Shown: piece by piece, positions 50,624 through 50,699 of the stretch
Numbering within the stretch: position 1 is the stretch's first letter
Layout of the letters: every line of letters begins with the position of its first letter
Program-made: the position numbers and the translations under genes
Assembly: GCA_051745145.1 (NCBI GenBank)
Contig: JBNJDT010000011.1
Span: forward strand, 1-50,699
Length of the DNA stretch: 50,699 bases
Source of the DNA: Elusimicrobiota bacterium
Lineage (GTDB): Bacteria; CG03; SLGR01; JAGXOG01
Direction: 5' to 3'
The notes under the pieces: generated by a model
Database searches by the model: none
What the model saw: the letters and a program-made list of their open reading frames with translations, nothing else
What the model was told of the DNA's origin: nothing

Positions 50624-50698
50624 TGGGGAGTAGCCAAGCGGCAAGGCACCAGGTTTTGGTCCTGGGATCCGTAGGTTCGAATCCTGCCTCCCCAGCCA
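50624..50698 (+). tRNA. tRNA-Gln (anticodon TTG)
   Basis: TGGGGAGTAGCCAAGCGGCAAGGCA-CCAGG TT TTG GT CCTGG-..GGTTCGAATCC..CCA; usual position after ispE. Confidence 0.96.
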
Positions 50699-50699
50699 C

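Overview
Core chromosomal window from an AT-rich (by eye under 40% GC), probably anaerobic diderm bacterium. The lineage cannot be fixed from the sequence alone. It is bounded by tRNA-Leu(CAG) and tRNA-Gln(TTG). Contents in order: (1) a four-gene operon resembling bacterial ceramide synthesis (CTP-dependent lipid kinase, CerR-like SDR, serine palmitoyltransferase, bCerS-like GNAT); (2) a grpE-dnaK-dnaJ-rsmE-mtaB-HIT-rpsU-mpg-NIF3-dnaG-rpoD housekeeping block; (3) a 23-gene, about 17.5 kb operon headed by rex with a perfect Rex box, encoding an AsrA/AsrB-like NAD(P)H module, a group 4 membrane-bound [NiFe]-hydrogenase with two antiporter-like subunits and an Mrp/Mnh B-G module, a maturation protease and hypAFCDE (no hypB); (4) mazG and tRNA-fMet; (5) a stand-alone MshEN-domain gene converging on a PilB/GspE ATPase, a GAF-degenerate HD-GYP gene and a UPF0104 gene; (6) tRNA-Leu(CAA), a lytic transglycosylase, TetR-TolC-MFP-RND efflux with a 20-bp operator, DinG/YoaA, and TPR-lipoprotein-ispE-tRNA-Gln. 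No mobile element, CRISPR array or rRNA was seen. CCGG appears strongly over-represented. All calls come from motif recognition by eye; no database searches were run.
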